A stretch of 63,291 nucleotides of DNA, filler included, from Octopus bimaculoides (GCF_001194135.2; 9 parts of 8 records of this genome joined end to end with filler, not necessarily neighbours in it), one strand, 5' to 3'; shown: positions 39,698 to 53,673, counted from the whole stretch's first letter. Notes: generated by a model not told the origin, from the letters alone. Numbers and translations: made by a program.

Positions 39698-40230
39698 AGA
39701 AGTGGCACGTAAAAAGCACCATTTGAGCATGGTCAATGCCAGTACTGCCTGACTGTCCCTTGTGCCGGTGGCACATAAAAGCACCCACTACACTCTCAGA
39801 GTGGTTGGCGTTAGGAAGGGCATCCAGCTGTAGAAACTTTGCCAGATCAGATTGGAGCCTGGTGCAGCCTTCTGGCTTGCCAGCCCTCAGTCAAACCGTC
39901 CAACCTATGCCAGCATACACGCCATGATAGATCGCTGACCACTACATTTATATTTTTTTCTCCTTGTTTCTCTCCTTATTTCTTTCTGTGTTCCTTTCAG
40001 TTGAAGAGCGTAGCTCGAAACGTCAAAGACTTTCTCTATTCTCCAGCGTTAAACTAATACATCCATTTGTTGTTTACACCACCTGTCTTCGTCTGTTGTT
40101 TTTNNNNNNNNNNNNNNNNNNNNNNNNNNNNNNNNNNNNNNNNNNNNTTAATTAATTAANNNNNNNNNNNNNNNNNNNNNNNNNNNNNNNNNNNNNNNNN
40201 NNNCTCGACGAGTTAACGAGTATACCCGCA

Positions 40231-40271
<41 letters not shown>

Positions 40272-41489
40272 ACACACATTCACTCACTCACTTATTCACA
40301 CACACACACACATACACACATATACACACATACACACATATACACACACACATATACACACACTGTCGTATGTCCAAATTTGGCAAAACGCGTTTTTTTT
40401 CAATATTTACTTTTGCTTGCAATAGCCGGTTCTTTTCGTCAAACTATCGTATCTCCAGCTGCTTCAGCTGCCAAGATATTAAAAACTGTCAAAGTTTAGT
40501 ACAACGGTTTTGATATGGAATGGTGGAACTATATTTTCATTTTCTGGAAAAGCAACGTTTTGGACTTACGAAACTTTTGCATAATANNNNNNNNNNNNNN
40601 NNNNNNNNNNNNNNNNNNNNNNNNNNNNNNNNNNNNNNNNNNNNNNNNNNNNNNNNNNNNNNNNNNNNNNNNNNNNNNNNNNNNNNNNNNNNNNNNNNNN
40701 NNNNNNNNNNNNNNNNNNNNNNNNNNGGGGGGAGTGTGTAAGTGTATGTGAGTGCGTATTCTTTTATCTTTTTGTCTTTCAGCTCAAAGTCTGAAGCCAT
40801 GCTGGGGCACCACCAATATACCGCAATAAAGATATTTTTTCAGTGACCATTCTTTTGTGATAGACTTTTAGTGGGGGAGGCTTTGAGTTTCTTTCAGTAA
40901 TATAGTTTCGTCTGGGGCCTTGAGAACGGAAGGTCTAGTTGTTTTTTGAAAACATATCCCACTGAATGCAGATTCTCCGATTTTTAGGCAAGATATTAAA
41001 TTAGGTGTGGACCTTTGAATCCCAAGCTGTTGTAGTAACTGGTCCTCACTCTTGGCATGATGGATGGGTCCTTTGGATTCGTACAATGACGTCCTTTTCG
41101 GGGACTGATATAACTTTCGATTCCAAAGTTTAGTGTCAACCCCTCTAGAATCTTCCATCTATATATATTACTACATATTTCTCACGTCTCCGTTTCATGG
41201 GGTAGAGTTGTAGTTCTTTCAGTCTCTCCATTGATGCAATCTTCCTGGTGTATCACCACAGAACTGCCCCAAGTTCTGCTATTAATTTGACACTGTAGGA
41301 TGGCCACAGTTGAAAGTTATAGTCGAGACAGCTGAAACGAACGTCTTCCATAGAATCAGCATACTTTTCTACTCACTTGATTTGAAAATTCTCAGAATCC
41401 ATCTGGCCACTCGTCTACACATTTCCACCATCTTCGTAATATGTCTCCATGAAACGAGGCATCGTTGCCCATATCAATCCCCAGATCAC

Positions 41490-41990
41490 GCACTTGTTTG
41501 ACTCTGGGATTGCCATTCCTTCTGGTTCAAAATGTTTTTATTATGGCATGTACCTACTACCTACAGTAAAAGAAGCAGAAAAGATTGACAGAACACATGT
41601 AAGCTGTGCAAAATCAAGACTGAAGATATGAACAAGATTATTGCCAACTGCGACAGAATGTCGTCCTGATATTATCTACCCAGGAGGCATGATGTGGTGG
41701 CCATAACTGTCTGGAACAGGATAAAAAAAGAAGAAACATCAACAGACTAAGTTGACTACATCGAGACCGACGGGCCAAAAGAGTATTGGTGGAATTTAAA
41801 AACTAAAACAGTAACCACCAAAATGAAGCACAACCGATCAGATATCGTTTTGTGGGACCACACACACACACACACAAAAAAGATATGCTCTGTTGTGAAA
41901 ATCATCTGTTTTCTGAAGACCAATATAGTTAGAAAAATACAGGAGAAAAAACATCTATGGACCATTGACAAGGAGTTTGCCAATCGGGTA
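41490..41990 (+). mobile_element. Degenerate R4/Dong-like zinc knuckle + RLE endonuclease fragment
   Basis: Reads CKLCKIKTEDMNKIIANC...YYLPRRHDVV...EYWWN...KHNRSDIVLWD, i.e. a decayed CCHC knuckle, RHD and NRPDIV motifs. Confidence 0.7.
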
Positions 41991-42099
41991 CCCAAAATAG
42001 ACATTCAGCTTGAAACGTATTAAGTACCAGCTGAGTAATGGGGTCGATGTAATCGACTTAACTCCTCCCACAAAAAGTTTCAGAATAACAAAGTCCAAA

Positions 42100-42960
42100 T
42101 TATCCACTCGCACAATGTCAAACCCAGAGCAGCGGTTGTGGTTAATACTAAGTTCAATATCTTGAGTGTGGGCTTTATAAGGGCAATGGAGAAACGTGTC
42201 CCGCATCGAGCAGAATTAGACCGAATGGAATTAGAGAAACACATACTGTACTTCATCAGTCGCATGCAGTTCTCTGGATACAGCCGAAGGGTCTACAAAG
42301 AAGCTATGACAAAAATCGAAACCATCATAGAGATTGACGCAAATGGAATCTGCCGGCTATGCAGAAGTAAACCATGGAATAGTATAGAAAGGACTAAGAG
42401 GAAGATAGTTAATGCTAGTTCATGGTATGATAGCCAAAAGTACCAGAGCTTCATGTTTATCAATGCACACCTAGAGGTAAACTAGCTTATCATTTTAGAA
42501 AAGCCCTAGGTAAGCCGAATCTAAAGATTTAAGTAGTAGAAAGGCCAGGAACTCCCATAAAATCCCTGATTTGTAGAACAGAACATAGCTATTTTAAAGA
42601 AACCCCCCTGTACTGATAGGGACTGCATATTGTGTAGGGTAAGCAGACAGATAAACTGCAAAACTAGGAATGCAGTCTGTAGTATAAGGTGTACAGAGCG
42701 ACGGTGCAGATACAAGACTATGACATGCATTGAAGAGACAGCTCATAACATTGGAGAGATGATTAGTGAGCACTGGTGGGCACTCAAGGAGGAGAAAAGC
42801 TAGTTAGTGTTATATCAACATGCTAAATTATAACATGGATCTTCGATAGAAGTTAAGATCCTATTTATACCTAGAACGAACGCAGCACTCATGCAAATTA
42901 CGAAGCCACACACATGATAGAAAATACGTTGAGCCTCAGCAAAAAACGCAAATTGAATAA
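42100..42960 (+). mobile_element. Degenerate Penelope-like element (RT C-terminus + GIY-YIG endonuclease)
   Basis: FISRMQFSGYS region followed by CKTRNAVCSIRC...EETAHNIGEMISEH, a decayed GIY-YIG pattern (VY.I.C...YIGET...R..EH). Confidence 0.55.
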
Positions 42961-44013
42961 TAACACCATCCTTACTACATCCCACCCCGCAACTTGAAGA
43001 ATGAAGACAGAATAAAAATAATAAATAAATAAACAGATAAAAGACATGGATACTGGCTGGCAGTGGAAAAAAACACCCCCGTATACATGCACACAAGGCA
43101 CATGTACACATGCAAAACACATAGACACACATACAATGATAAAGAAACAAACACGTGCAGGTAGAAATACATACTGCAGAAAGACAAGATGGAACAGACA
43201 AGATGAGATCACAAAAAAGGGGAGACATGGAGAAGAACAGATCCTCATTGAAGAAATCACATGATGTGTGACAAAAGAATTCTGACAAATAAACTAATAA
43301 GCTTTTATTTTTTATCTTATACTTGTTGCAGTCATTAGACTGCGGCCATAGTGAAGCACTGCGTTGAAGAATTTTTAGTCAAATGAACCGACCCAAGAAC
43401 ATAAGTTTTTTGTTAAGCCTGGTACTTATTCTATTGGGCCCCTATTGCTGAACCGCTTGTTAATATTATAAATTTAAAATATTTGCCATAGATGGTATTA
43501 ACAATAGTAACATCTTATTTCGAAAGTAAACATTGGAATGTTTTTTGCTCATAAATATTTTGCAACATGCGTGGCTGGTTTTTGGCACAAAGCAAGCTAG
43601 AGCGCTAATGGGTTTATAACGTGGCGGATTTGAAATTTCTTGCCCAGTAACTCATACTGAGGAAGGTTGAGGCCCTCGGGCCAACACCCGAAACCATGGT
43701 ATATGAGCATCTGAAGAGTATAATCTTTATAGGTATGCTTTTTAATTCTTTGTCTGTTTCCTCCTCGCATACTGTTATTTTCTCTGAATTTGGTGCCTTC
43801 TGGCGGTTGAATTGAGACCTTAGCTCTCATTTCTAAATAGGCTGATGCTCACTGCATCCTTAAGGCTTCGTGNNNNNNNNNNNNNNNNNNNNNNNNNNNN
43901 NNNNNNNNNNNNNNNNNNNNNNNNNNNNNNNNNNNNNNNNNNNNNNNNNNNNNNNNNNNNNNNNNNNNNNNNNNNNNNNNNNNNNNNNNNNNNNNNNNNN
44001 NNNNNNNNNNNNN

Positions 44014-44069
<56 letters not shown>

Positions 44070-45287
44070 CGTATGCATGTATGTATGTATGCATGTATGT
44101 ATGTATGTACGTATTCGGTTATATATTTGTTTTGCAAGATTCTTGTTGCGAAATGAGCATTGAAACAGATATTGTTATATTTAGGGAGGGTCAGTTTGTC
44201 AGTAAACAAACTCACGATTTATTTGATCTTCACTATAGCTTTATTGTTTAATACAGGCGCAGGCGTGGCCATGTGGTAAGAAGCTTGCTTCCTAACCACA
44301 TGGTTCTAGGTTCAGTCCCTTTGCGCGTCCTTCTGAGTGGATTTGGGTGACCGAAACGAGAAGCCCGTCGGATATAATTGCATATAAACTTCTTACTACT
44401 TGGCTATGCGTGTGTATGAAGGGTATAAAAGGTATGAAAGGTGCTTCTCTTCTGACGATTAGTTAAGAAATTGGAAAGCAAGTCAAAACAACTTCCTGCA
44501 TTTTTCTGTATGTTTCGAGAGAACATGTTGCGTAGACATCTGTTTAGTGTTTCTCAGGAAAAGGCCTAAAGCTGGAGTTGAATTCTTATGTGAGTAAGGT
44601 TGGATGTAAATATACGTTGTTTTTGATGCTATATGTAATTCGTATAAGTCGTTTTTGATGCAATAATATACTGTAGTATAAACGAACAGAATCTTTATAA
44701 CGTTACACGGAGTATATTAATTCATCCGATTTAATACACTGAGCAGCTGTAAACGACTGTCGTTTCAAACAATCTGATTGTAGACTGAAAAAGACGATTA
44801 GTCACTTAGACAAGTTTCCATCTTTATTGAGGCTTCCTCAGTAATTGATTACCGTGATTTTCTATTGCGAATCATTATTAAGGGTTTTATAATCTCCCAT
44901 ATATCGATTTGCACAAATAACGCAACTATTTCGATTAATAAATTCCTGAAGCCTTCGCAGTTTTCGTTTTTGATGCTATAAAAACACTATTGAATAAATT
45001 TATAAATTTCAGCCACTCTTCCACTGTAATTATATTAAATGAAATACGTTGTCGAGTCGTAAGCGACCATCATTTTTGTACAATCTCCCTACTGGTAGAA
45101 AAAAAAATTAGTTGATCAGAAAATTATCATTTTATTATTTGGAGATTATATCGACAACTTACTGTCTTTTTCTAACCGAATATGGTGACGGTGTATTTAT
45201 AGTCATAGCGAAGAAAGTATAAAAAAGATAGATAGATAGATAGATACATAGATAGATAGATAGAAAGGAAGAAAGAAAGAAAGAAAA

Positions 45288-45339
<52 letters not shown>

Positions 45340-45565
45340 AGTGAGAGAAAGAGAAAAGAAAGAAAAGCAATCAAACAAACAAAAATAAGGGAGAGAAAAC
45401 AAAAAGAAAGTGATGAAAACAGCATTTTTTTTTTAATATATAAATGTAGCTTAGTAATCATTGTTNNNNNNNNNNNNNNNNNNNNNNNNNNNNNNNNNNN
45501 NNNNNNNNNTTAATTAATTAANNNNNNNNNNNNNNNNNNNNNNNNNNNNNNNNNNNNNNNNNNNN

Positions 45566-46000
45566 CCACCACCACCACCACTACCACCACCACTACCACT
45601 ACCACCACCACCACCACTACTACTGCTACTACTGGTCACAAACGTTGTCCAAACACTACAACATTAACACCAGCTTCAACGCGATTAGTACCACTACTAT
45701 AGTCACAACACCTACTACTACTATCGCTAGCACCACCACCACTGTTATTACTTCTACTACTACTACTACTACTACCACCACAACAACACCAGCACTAACT
45801 ACAAAATGACAACTACTTTTGTTGTAACGCCACTACCAATACTACTACATTAAACACACCACTACGTACAATACCAATACTATTATTAGTATTACAGTAG
45901 TAGCACCATAACACCACAAATGCTGCTGTATCAATACTAGCACCACTACAACAACTACAAGACCGGTACCACTACAACAACACCTTTACTACATTACAAG
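45566..46000. repeat. (CAC/TAC)n low-complexity trinucleotide region
   Basis: Degenerate ACC/ACT runs. Confidence 0.8.
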
Positions 46001-46139
46001 AACACTGCACCATCGTCGTCGCCGCTTCTGGCTGAACAGAGATCGTCGTCAGAACGCGTCATCGCTGTCAAATATCGTTGTCGCGAGGACCGCAACGCCT
46101 ACAGAATGGGAGGAGAATGGGAGTAGGAAATGTGTAGGG

Positions 46140-47105
46140 GGAATGGGTAGAGGAGGAGTGATAGAGAGGGAATGATAGAAGGAGAGAGGGGGGAAGAGAG
46201 AGAAAGTGAGAGAGAATGATAGAAAGAGAGAGAGAATGATAGAAAGAGAGAGAGAATGGTAGAAAGAGAGAGAGAGAATGATAGAAAGAGAGAGAGAATG
46301 ATAGAAAGAGAGAGAGAATGGTAGAAAGAGAGAGAGAATGATAGAAAGAGAGAGGNNNNNNNNNNNNNNNNNNNNNNNNNNNNNNNNNNNNNNNNNNNNN
46401 NNNNNNNNNNNNNNNNNNNTGAGAGAGAATGATAGAAAGAGAGAGAGAATGATAGAAAGAGAGAGAGAATGGTAGAAAGAGAGAGAGAGAATGATAGAAA
46501 GAGAGAGAGAATGATAGAAAGAGAGAGAGAATGGTAGAAAGAGAGAGAGAATGATAGAAAGAGAGAGGGGAAGAAAGAGAAAGAGAGTGAGGGAGAGGAA
46601 ACGGAGAGAGAGAGAGAAATAGCGAGAGAGAGAGAAATAACGGGAAAGAGAGTGTGTGAATGAGTGAGAGGGAGAGAGAAAGAGCGAGAGAAAGAAATAG
46701 CAAGAGAGAGAGAGAGAGAGAGAGAAGTGGGAAAGAGAGTGTGTGATTACGAGTGAGAGGGAGAGAGAGAAAGAGAGTAAGGTAGAGAGATGGAAAGAGA
46801 AATAGCTGGAGAAAGAGTGTGTGTGAGAGAGAGAAGTAGAGAGAAAGGAAGAATAAGAGTGAATGAGAGAGATGGAGAGATACAGAGGGAGAGAGAAAGA
46901 AAGAAAAGGTGTGAATGAGAGAGATGGAGAGAGAAATAACGGCAGAAAGAGGGAGAAGGTGAATAAGAAAGATAAAAAGAGAAATAGAGCGGAGTAGAGT
47001 GAAAGACAGAGAGGGAGAGAGAGAAACAGAAAGAGAGAACGAGGGAGGGAGTGAACGGGAGAAAGGGGAAGAGAGATAGAGGAAGAGAGAAATAGAGAGG
47101 CACTG
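46140..47105. repeat. Purine-rich GA minisatellite (GAGAGAGAATGATAGAAA-type units)
   Basis: Visible ~20-22 bp units and GA-rich decay. It explains the S/L-rich minus-strand ORF. Confidence 0.9.
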
Positions 47106-47335
47106 AGTCACATAATAAGAATAGAAGGAGAGGGAGTCGGGCTGTGTTTGTGTGTGGATAAAAATTAAAGAAAAATATAAAAAAGAATAAGAAATTGTTG
47201 TTGTTGTTTACAAACCTTCAGTAGGTCATCTTTAATTGACCAGACAGTACTATGTATATCGTATAGATAGATAGACAGGTCTATCAGACAGGCTAAGATA
47301 TCTATACATCTATTGTTTGGAATTAGAAATGTAAA

Positions 47336-47396
<61 letters not shown>

Positions 47397-47834
47397 CAGA
47401 GAGAGAGATATATATCAGATATNNNNNNNNNNNNNNNNNNNNNNNNNNNNNNNNNNNNNNNNNNNNNNNNNNNNNNNNNNNNNNNNNNNNNNNNNNNNNN
47501 NNNNNNNNNNNNNNNNNNNNNNNNNNNNNNNNNNNNNNNNNNNNNNNNNNNNNNNNNNNNNNNNNNNNNNNNNNNNNNNNNNNNNNNNNNNNNNNNNNNN
47601 NNNNNNNNNNNNNNNNNNNNNNNNNNNNNNNNNNNNNNNNNNNNNNNNNNNNNNNNNNNNNNNNNNNNNNNNNNNNNNNNNNNNNNNNNNNNNNNNNNNN
47701 NNNNNNNNNNNNNNNNNNNNNNNNNNNNNNNNNNNNNNNNNNNNNNNNNNNNNNNNNNNNNGACAGACTTAAATTTGATTGAATGGAGGCAACAGGTCGG
47801 CAGGCAGATAGATAGATAGATAAATAGATAGATG

Positions 47835-47921
<87 letters not shown>

Positions 47922-48231
47922 TAGATGAGTCAGCCATAGTAGATAGACAGAGAAACACAATAAGACACAAAAGAAAGAGAAAAAGAAAAAGAAATAAGAA
48001 AAAAAAGCGAGGATGCCGAGAGAAAAGAAGGAAGAAAATAAAATCCTAGCAGAGAGAGAAAGCAATTAGAACGAATGAAAGCAGAGAAAATAGTGAATGA
48101 AACACATGACCTGCATAGGAAGCGTTTTGATTGGTCGAAAGTACATTTTCGTGCTTGGCAAAGAACCAAGCGTCGTCTGCCAGAAGAAGAGAGAGAGAGA
48201 GAGAGAAACTGCGAGATTGTTGTTTAAGTGG

Positions 48232-48276
48232 ATGTCCACAAGAGACGACGACGTCTGCAAACACCGTGTTCTTACT
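48232..48276 (+). CDS. Candidate first coding exon (MSTRDDDVCKHRVLT, phase-0 donor)
   Basis: ATG at 48232 in a CpG-richer patch, reverse CCAAT (GATTGG) ~100 nt upstream, and ACT|GTAAGT donor at 48276/48277. No partner exon identified. Confidence 0.25.
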
Positions 48277-48735
48277 GTAAGTTGTTTTAACTTTGCTTAC
48301 CATTTTCCATTGAATTTCTTCAATCAATCCTTTGAACTTTTTCGCCGATTCTGAATTTGTAGTGGCAAATTTATTCTCTTCATTTCGCCTTTCTGGGAGG
48401 TTTTCTCTCTCTCTCTCTCTTTTTTTCTCTTTCGTATTTCATTCATTCTACCCATATATTATCCAAATCCCGATGAGGTCAGCTCTCTTTTACAGTCCAT
48501 TTAGCGGGGCTCGATTAAAAATTAAATAACGATGAAGTACTGGGGTCGATTTAATCAACAAACCCTCCACTTTCAACCAAAATCTTAGGTTTTGGGCCTA
48601 AGCCAGCCACAATTCTGCTTCGTATACTATATCTACTCTTTTATCTCATTTCATCGGCTTTTCCATTTTTTTAAATGTAAATCGTAAACTCCCCCACAAA
48701 TTATAGACTGCCCTTATGCTGTCCCTCTCATCATC

Positions 48736-48804
<69 letters not shown>

Positions 48805-49370
48805 GGCGGTGAGCTGGCAGAAACGTTACCCCGCCGGGCGAAATGCTTAAGCGGTATTTCGTCTGTCTTTGCGTTCTGAGTTCAAATTCCGCCGAGGTCG
48901 ACTTTGCCTTTNNNNNNNNNNNNNNNNNNNNNNNNNNNNNNNNNNNNNNNNNNNNTTAATTAATTAANNNNNNNNNNNNNNNNNNNNNNNNNNNNNNNNN
49001 NNNNNNNNNNNAAATCAAGACTTTTTTTGGGGCTTTAAAAAGCTCTTTTTATTTTTTATTTTATTATTTTACGATTTTGGATTTTTTTAGATGAGGAACG
49101 TGAGAATGTTTTCACAAATCAAAATTGTGTAGAAAAAAAAATTTAAAAACAAGCAAGATTATATATTTTTTTTTAAGCATAAACTGAAATTTTAACTCAA
49201 ATTGGAATTCAATAAGAAATTAAAATTCAAATTGAAGTTTTTAAAACTAAAAAACAGACATTTTTGTTTTTGATGTTTTTGTTGTTGTTGTTGTTACTTC
49301 TGCTGATGATGTTGTTGTTGTTGTTGTTCTTTTAAATAGTTTATTAGTTTGAAATTGATGTGATATTTTC

Positions 49371-49637
49371 ATTAACTACTGGAAATCAGAAGCAGACTGG
49401 AAAAAGCAATGAAACGAGTTAGCTAGACAGTTAAGTCTTCTTGAACAGAACATTATCAATGCAAATTGGAATCAAGTACTAAAAGAATGTTATCAAGTGT
49501 TATATACTACTAAACAGTCCTATGTTTGAAACACCTTTCAAATATGCAGATATAACACCTCATGAAAAAGTACGAATTTACAGGCTTTGTTTATTAGCTG
49601 TAAAAACTGTAAAACTAAAGCAATATATTTATTCTAG
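49371..49637 (+). pseudogene. Degenerate death-domain-like coding relic
   Basis: One frame reads INYWKSEADWKKQ*NELARQLSLLEQNIINANWNQVLKECYQVLYTTKQSYV*NTFQICRYNTS*KSTNLQALFISCKNCKTKAIYLF*. The W..LARQL.L.E..I and L.E.YQ.L patterns resemble death-domain helices. Three internal TGA stops. Confidence 0.35.
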
Positions 49638-49822
49638 TTCTCTAATATTTCTGTCAATCCACCAGCCTGAAACTATATTATTGAGAGTATTTACCCAGGC
49701 ACAGCCGTGTTGTTAAGAAGTTTGCTTTGCATCTACAAGTTTTCAGGTTCAAGTCCTGGACCAACCAATTCCTTGTGAGTGAATTTTGTGGACAAAGACT
49801 ACATGGAAACACATCATACGTA

Positions 49823-49861
<39 letters not shown>

Positions 49862-50028
49862 NNNNNNNNNNNNNNNNNNNNNNNNNNNNNNNNNNNNNNN
49901 NNNNNNNNNNNNNNNNNNNNNNNNNNNNNNNNNNNNNNNNNNNNNNNNNNNNNNNNNNNNNNNNNNNNNNNNNNNNNNNNNNNNNNNNNNNNNNNNNNNN
50001 NNNNATATATGTGGCCTAGTAGTTAGAG

Positions 50029-50385
50029 CAGAAGACTTGCAGTTGTAGGATCACAGTTTCGATTCCCAGACCAGATGTTGTGAGTGTTTATTGAGCAAAA
50101 ATACCTAAAGCTCTACGAGGCTCCAGCAGGGGATGGTGGCGAACCCTGCTGCACTCTTTCAACACAACTTTCTCTCACTCTTTCTTCCTGTTTCTGTTGT
50201 ACCTGTATTTCAAAGGGCCAGCCTGGTCACACTCTGTATCATGCTGAATCTCCCTGAAAACTACATTAAGGATACGCATGTCTGTGGAGTGCTCGACCAC
50301 TTCCACAATAATTTCATGAGCAGGTTGTTCCATTGATCGGATCAACTGGAACCCGCATCATCATAACTGACAGAGTGCCACAACG
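50029..50385 (+). mobile_element. tRNA-derived SINE family C
   Basis: Reverse-complement homolog of 32753-33145 (GTGGCCTAGTAGTTAG head, CAAC tail). Confidence 0.85.
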
Positions 50386-51955
50386 ATATATATATCATTA
50401 TTATCATCATCATTTAACGTCCACTTTCTATGCTAGCATGGGTTGGACGATTTGATTAGATCTCTTTTGTTTATAATTATCTAAATCCTTTCTTTCAGGA
50501 AAATGCTGGTTTCTGAAAAAGATACAAAGCTTCATCGTTGGAATGTAGATAACAAAAACAACAACATATTTTAAACTTGAGAAAAGTTTTGCGTATTTTT
50601 ACTGTTCCGCTTAAGGATTGTATTTCTAATGTACCAGTTAGTTGATTGATTTCTTTCTCTGAAAATCTGTTGTCTGTGCTTGTCCCCATTACGTCACTTC
50701 ACAACTGGTGTTGGTTTGATTACATCCTAATAACTTAGCAGTTCAACAAAGTGACTGATAAAATGAATTGTCACATTTAAAAGCAAACTTAAGTACTGTG
50801 GTTGATTTGTTTGACCAAAACCCTTCAGGGCAGTGCAAACGAAGGCCAATGACTGAAACGAGTAAAAGGTGAGTAATTTTTACAGGAATTGGTGAGAATA
50901 GGAGGAGATAACTTTTATTTTTTATCTCTTACTTTCATTAGACTGTGGCCATTCTGGGGCACCACCTTAAAGAATTTCAGTTGCATGAATCAACCCAAGT
51001 ATTTATTTTATTCAAACATGGTGCTTATTCTATTGGTCTCTTTTTCTGAACCGCTAAGTTACTGCAAGGTAAACACACCCAATCTGGTTGTCAAGCAGTG
51101 ACGGGTGACAAACAGGCACAAAGACACACACACACATACACACACGCACACATATATATGATGGGCTTCTTTCAGTTTCCATTTACCAAATCCACCCACA
51201 AGGCTTTGGTTGGTTTGAGGCTAGACCAGAAGTCACTTGCCCAAGGTACCATGCAGTGAAACTGAACCCAGAACCACATGGTTGGGTTGCAAACTTCTTA
51301 CCACAAAGCCACGTCTGTGCCTACATCTGATAACTGACTTACAAAGGGTCTGCGGAGAGCTTAGTCTATAGAATAAGTCATTAATATGGTTTCTCATTGA
51401 AAATCTGGGCCACAAGGATTATTTGTCAAAGAGAATTTAAGGAGCACAAGCACATTAATAGATGTTAACCACTTTGAATTCATATTTCTATCGAATTACA
51501 TCGTTGTCGATTTTTCCAATTAACTTTGAAAATAACCAGGATTTTGTAAAATAACTTTGTCATGGTTAACCTGGTGTTTAGAGCATAAATTAGAATAAAT
51601 CTTGATGATATTTTTTTATTCTAATCACTTCAAAATATGAAGTTTATATTATGGAACCACAAGTGGTCTCGGGTGGAATGATATCAAAAGGGTCAATGGG
51701 TTATCTGAGACACAGCATCCATGTGTGTTGTCCCTTGAATAATGTGGGATGCAACAGCAAGATAAACCTCACACACACACACAAACTTACACATACACAC
51801 ACATATATAATCTAAGACTCAACAGATAATTTGATCACAAATAAAAATAAGGGATAAAAACTGCAATAATATTCATATAGGAATTGTGACACACCAGCCA
51901 TATTGTTATATTGCTAACTGATTATCTCATACACAATAGTCATATTAGCAATTTA

Positions 51956-51990
<35 letters not shown>

Positions 51991-52003
51991 GTATGAGTAT
52001 GTG

Positions 52004-52036
<33 letters not shown>

Positions 52037-52150
52037 ACATATATATACATATACATGCATATATATATATGTATGTAGTCAACTGAATCATAAGTAGTTC
52101 ACTTCATATATACATACATACATACATATATGTGTGTGTGTGTGAGTATA

Positions 52151-52190
<40 letters not shown>

Positions 52191-53078
52191 CACACTCATA
52201 CATATATATATTCACATATATATACATATATATATATATACACATATATATACATATATACATATATACATGTGTATNNNNNNNNNNNNNNNNNNNNNNN
52301 NNNNNNNNNNNNNNNNNNNNNNNNNNNNNNNNNNNNNNNNNNNNNNNNNNNNNNNNNNNNNNNNNNNNNNNNNNNNNNNNNNNNNNNNNNNNNNNNNNNN
52401 NNNNNNNNNNNNNNNNNNNNNNNNNNNNNNNNNNNNNNNNNNNNNNNNNNNNNNNNNNNNNNNNNNNNNNNNNNNNNNNNNNNNNNNNNNNNNNNNNNNN
52501 NNNNNNNNNNNNNNNNNNNNNNNNNNNNNNNNNNNNNNNNNNNNNNNNNNNNNNNNNNNNNNNNNNNNNNNNNNNNNNNNNNNNNNNNNNNNNNNNNNNN
52601 NNNNNNNNNNNNNNNNNNNNNNNNNNNNNNNNNNNNNNNNNNNNNNNNNNNNNNNNNNNNNNNNNNNNNNNNNNNNNNNNNNNNNNNNNNNNNNNNNNNN
52701 NNNNNNNNNNNNNNNNNNNNNNNNNNNNNNNNNNNNNNNNNNNNNNNNNNNNNNNNNNNNNNNNNNNNNNNNNNNNNNNNNNNNNNNNNNNNNNNNNNNN
52801 NNNNNNNNNNNNNNNNNNNNNNNNNNNNNNNNNNNNNNNNNNNNNNNNNNNNNNNNNNNNNNNNNNNNNNNNNNNNNNTGGAGCAGCACTTTCAAGGGCT
52901 GAGTCAATCATACTGTTCTCTGTACTTATTTCAACTTAATACTTAGCTTATTGATTTCTATCTGTTGAACTTCATCAATACAGGACATGCAGGAGCACTG
53001 GCATAAACTCTACTGGTTTTTAGGCTTTAAACACAAATGCAAATTCAGAGAGAAACAGGCAGATACATAGACATACAT

Positions 53079-53121
<43 letters not shown>

Positions 53122-53275
53122 CACACACACACACAAACACACGCACATAAATAGTCATGGATATTTTTTTTAGTAGGAAATACCAATGAATGTGACAGTA
53201 AGTTTGTTCATGCTTTCCTGCAAAAGTGCTGAATGCAAATATTCACATAGATACACTGATATACATATATGCATA

Positions 53276-53480
53276 CAGTGGCAGACTGGGTCTAAAAATA
53301 TTGGTTGCCACGAGACTAAGGGAGCCCACCTGCAACTACAATGATATCATTTATTATATTTTTTTTTTATTTTGTTAAAAGTATTCTTTTCAACTGAAGA
53401 CAAACACAGCCAGGCTGAAATAATGCATTCTTCCAAGAGTGAACAAAAAATTCTCAAACTGAGGAGATGGGCTCCTTAGC
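53276..53480. repeat. Unclassified dispersed repeat (probable DNA-transposon derivative)
   Basis: 53365-53480 is clearly homologous to 13565-13685 (GTTAAAAGTATTCTTTTCA...CAAACACAGCCAGGCT...GAGTGAACAAAAAATTCTCAAACT). Starts with CAGTGGCAGACT, similar to 27302. Confidence 0.55.
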
Positions 53481-53628
53481 TGCTAGCATGCTAGCCTAGT
53501 ACTAGCTGCTAGCCTAGTACTTATTCTATCGGTCTCATTGGTCGAACTGCGAAGTTACGGGGACATAAACACACCAGCATCGGTTGTCAAACGATGTTGG
53601 AGGGACAAACACAGACACACAAAAATAT

Positions 53629-53673
<45 letters not shown>

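Noticed and set aside
45566-46000. Thr-rich mucin-like exon
   Set aside because: Frames are interrupted by stops and there are no clear splice sites. It is a simple repeat.
46068-47111. 347-aa Ser/Leu-rich ORF
   Set aside because: Translation of a GA satellite across a gap.
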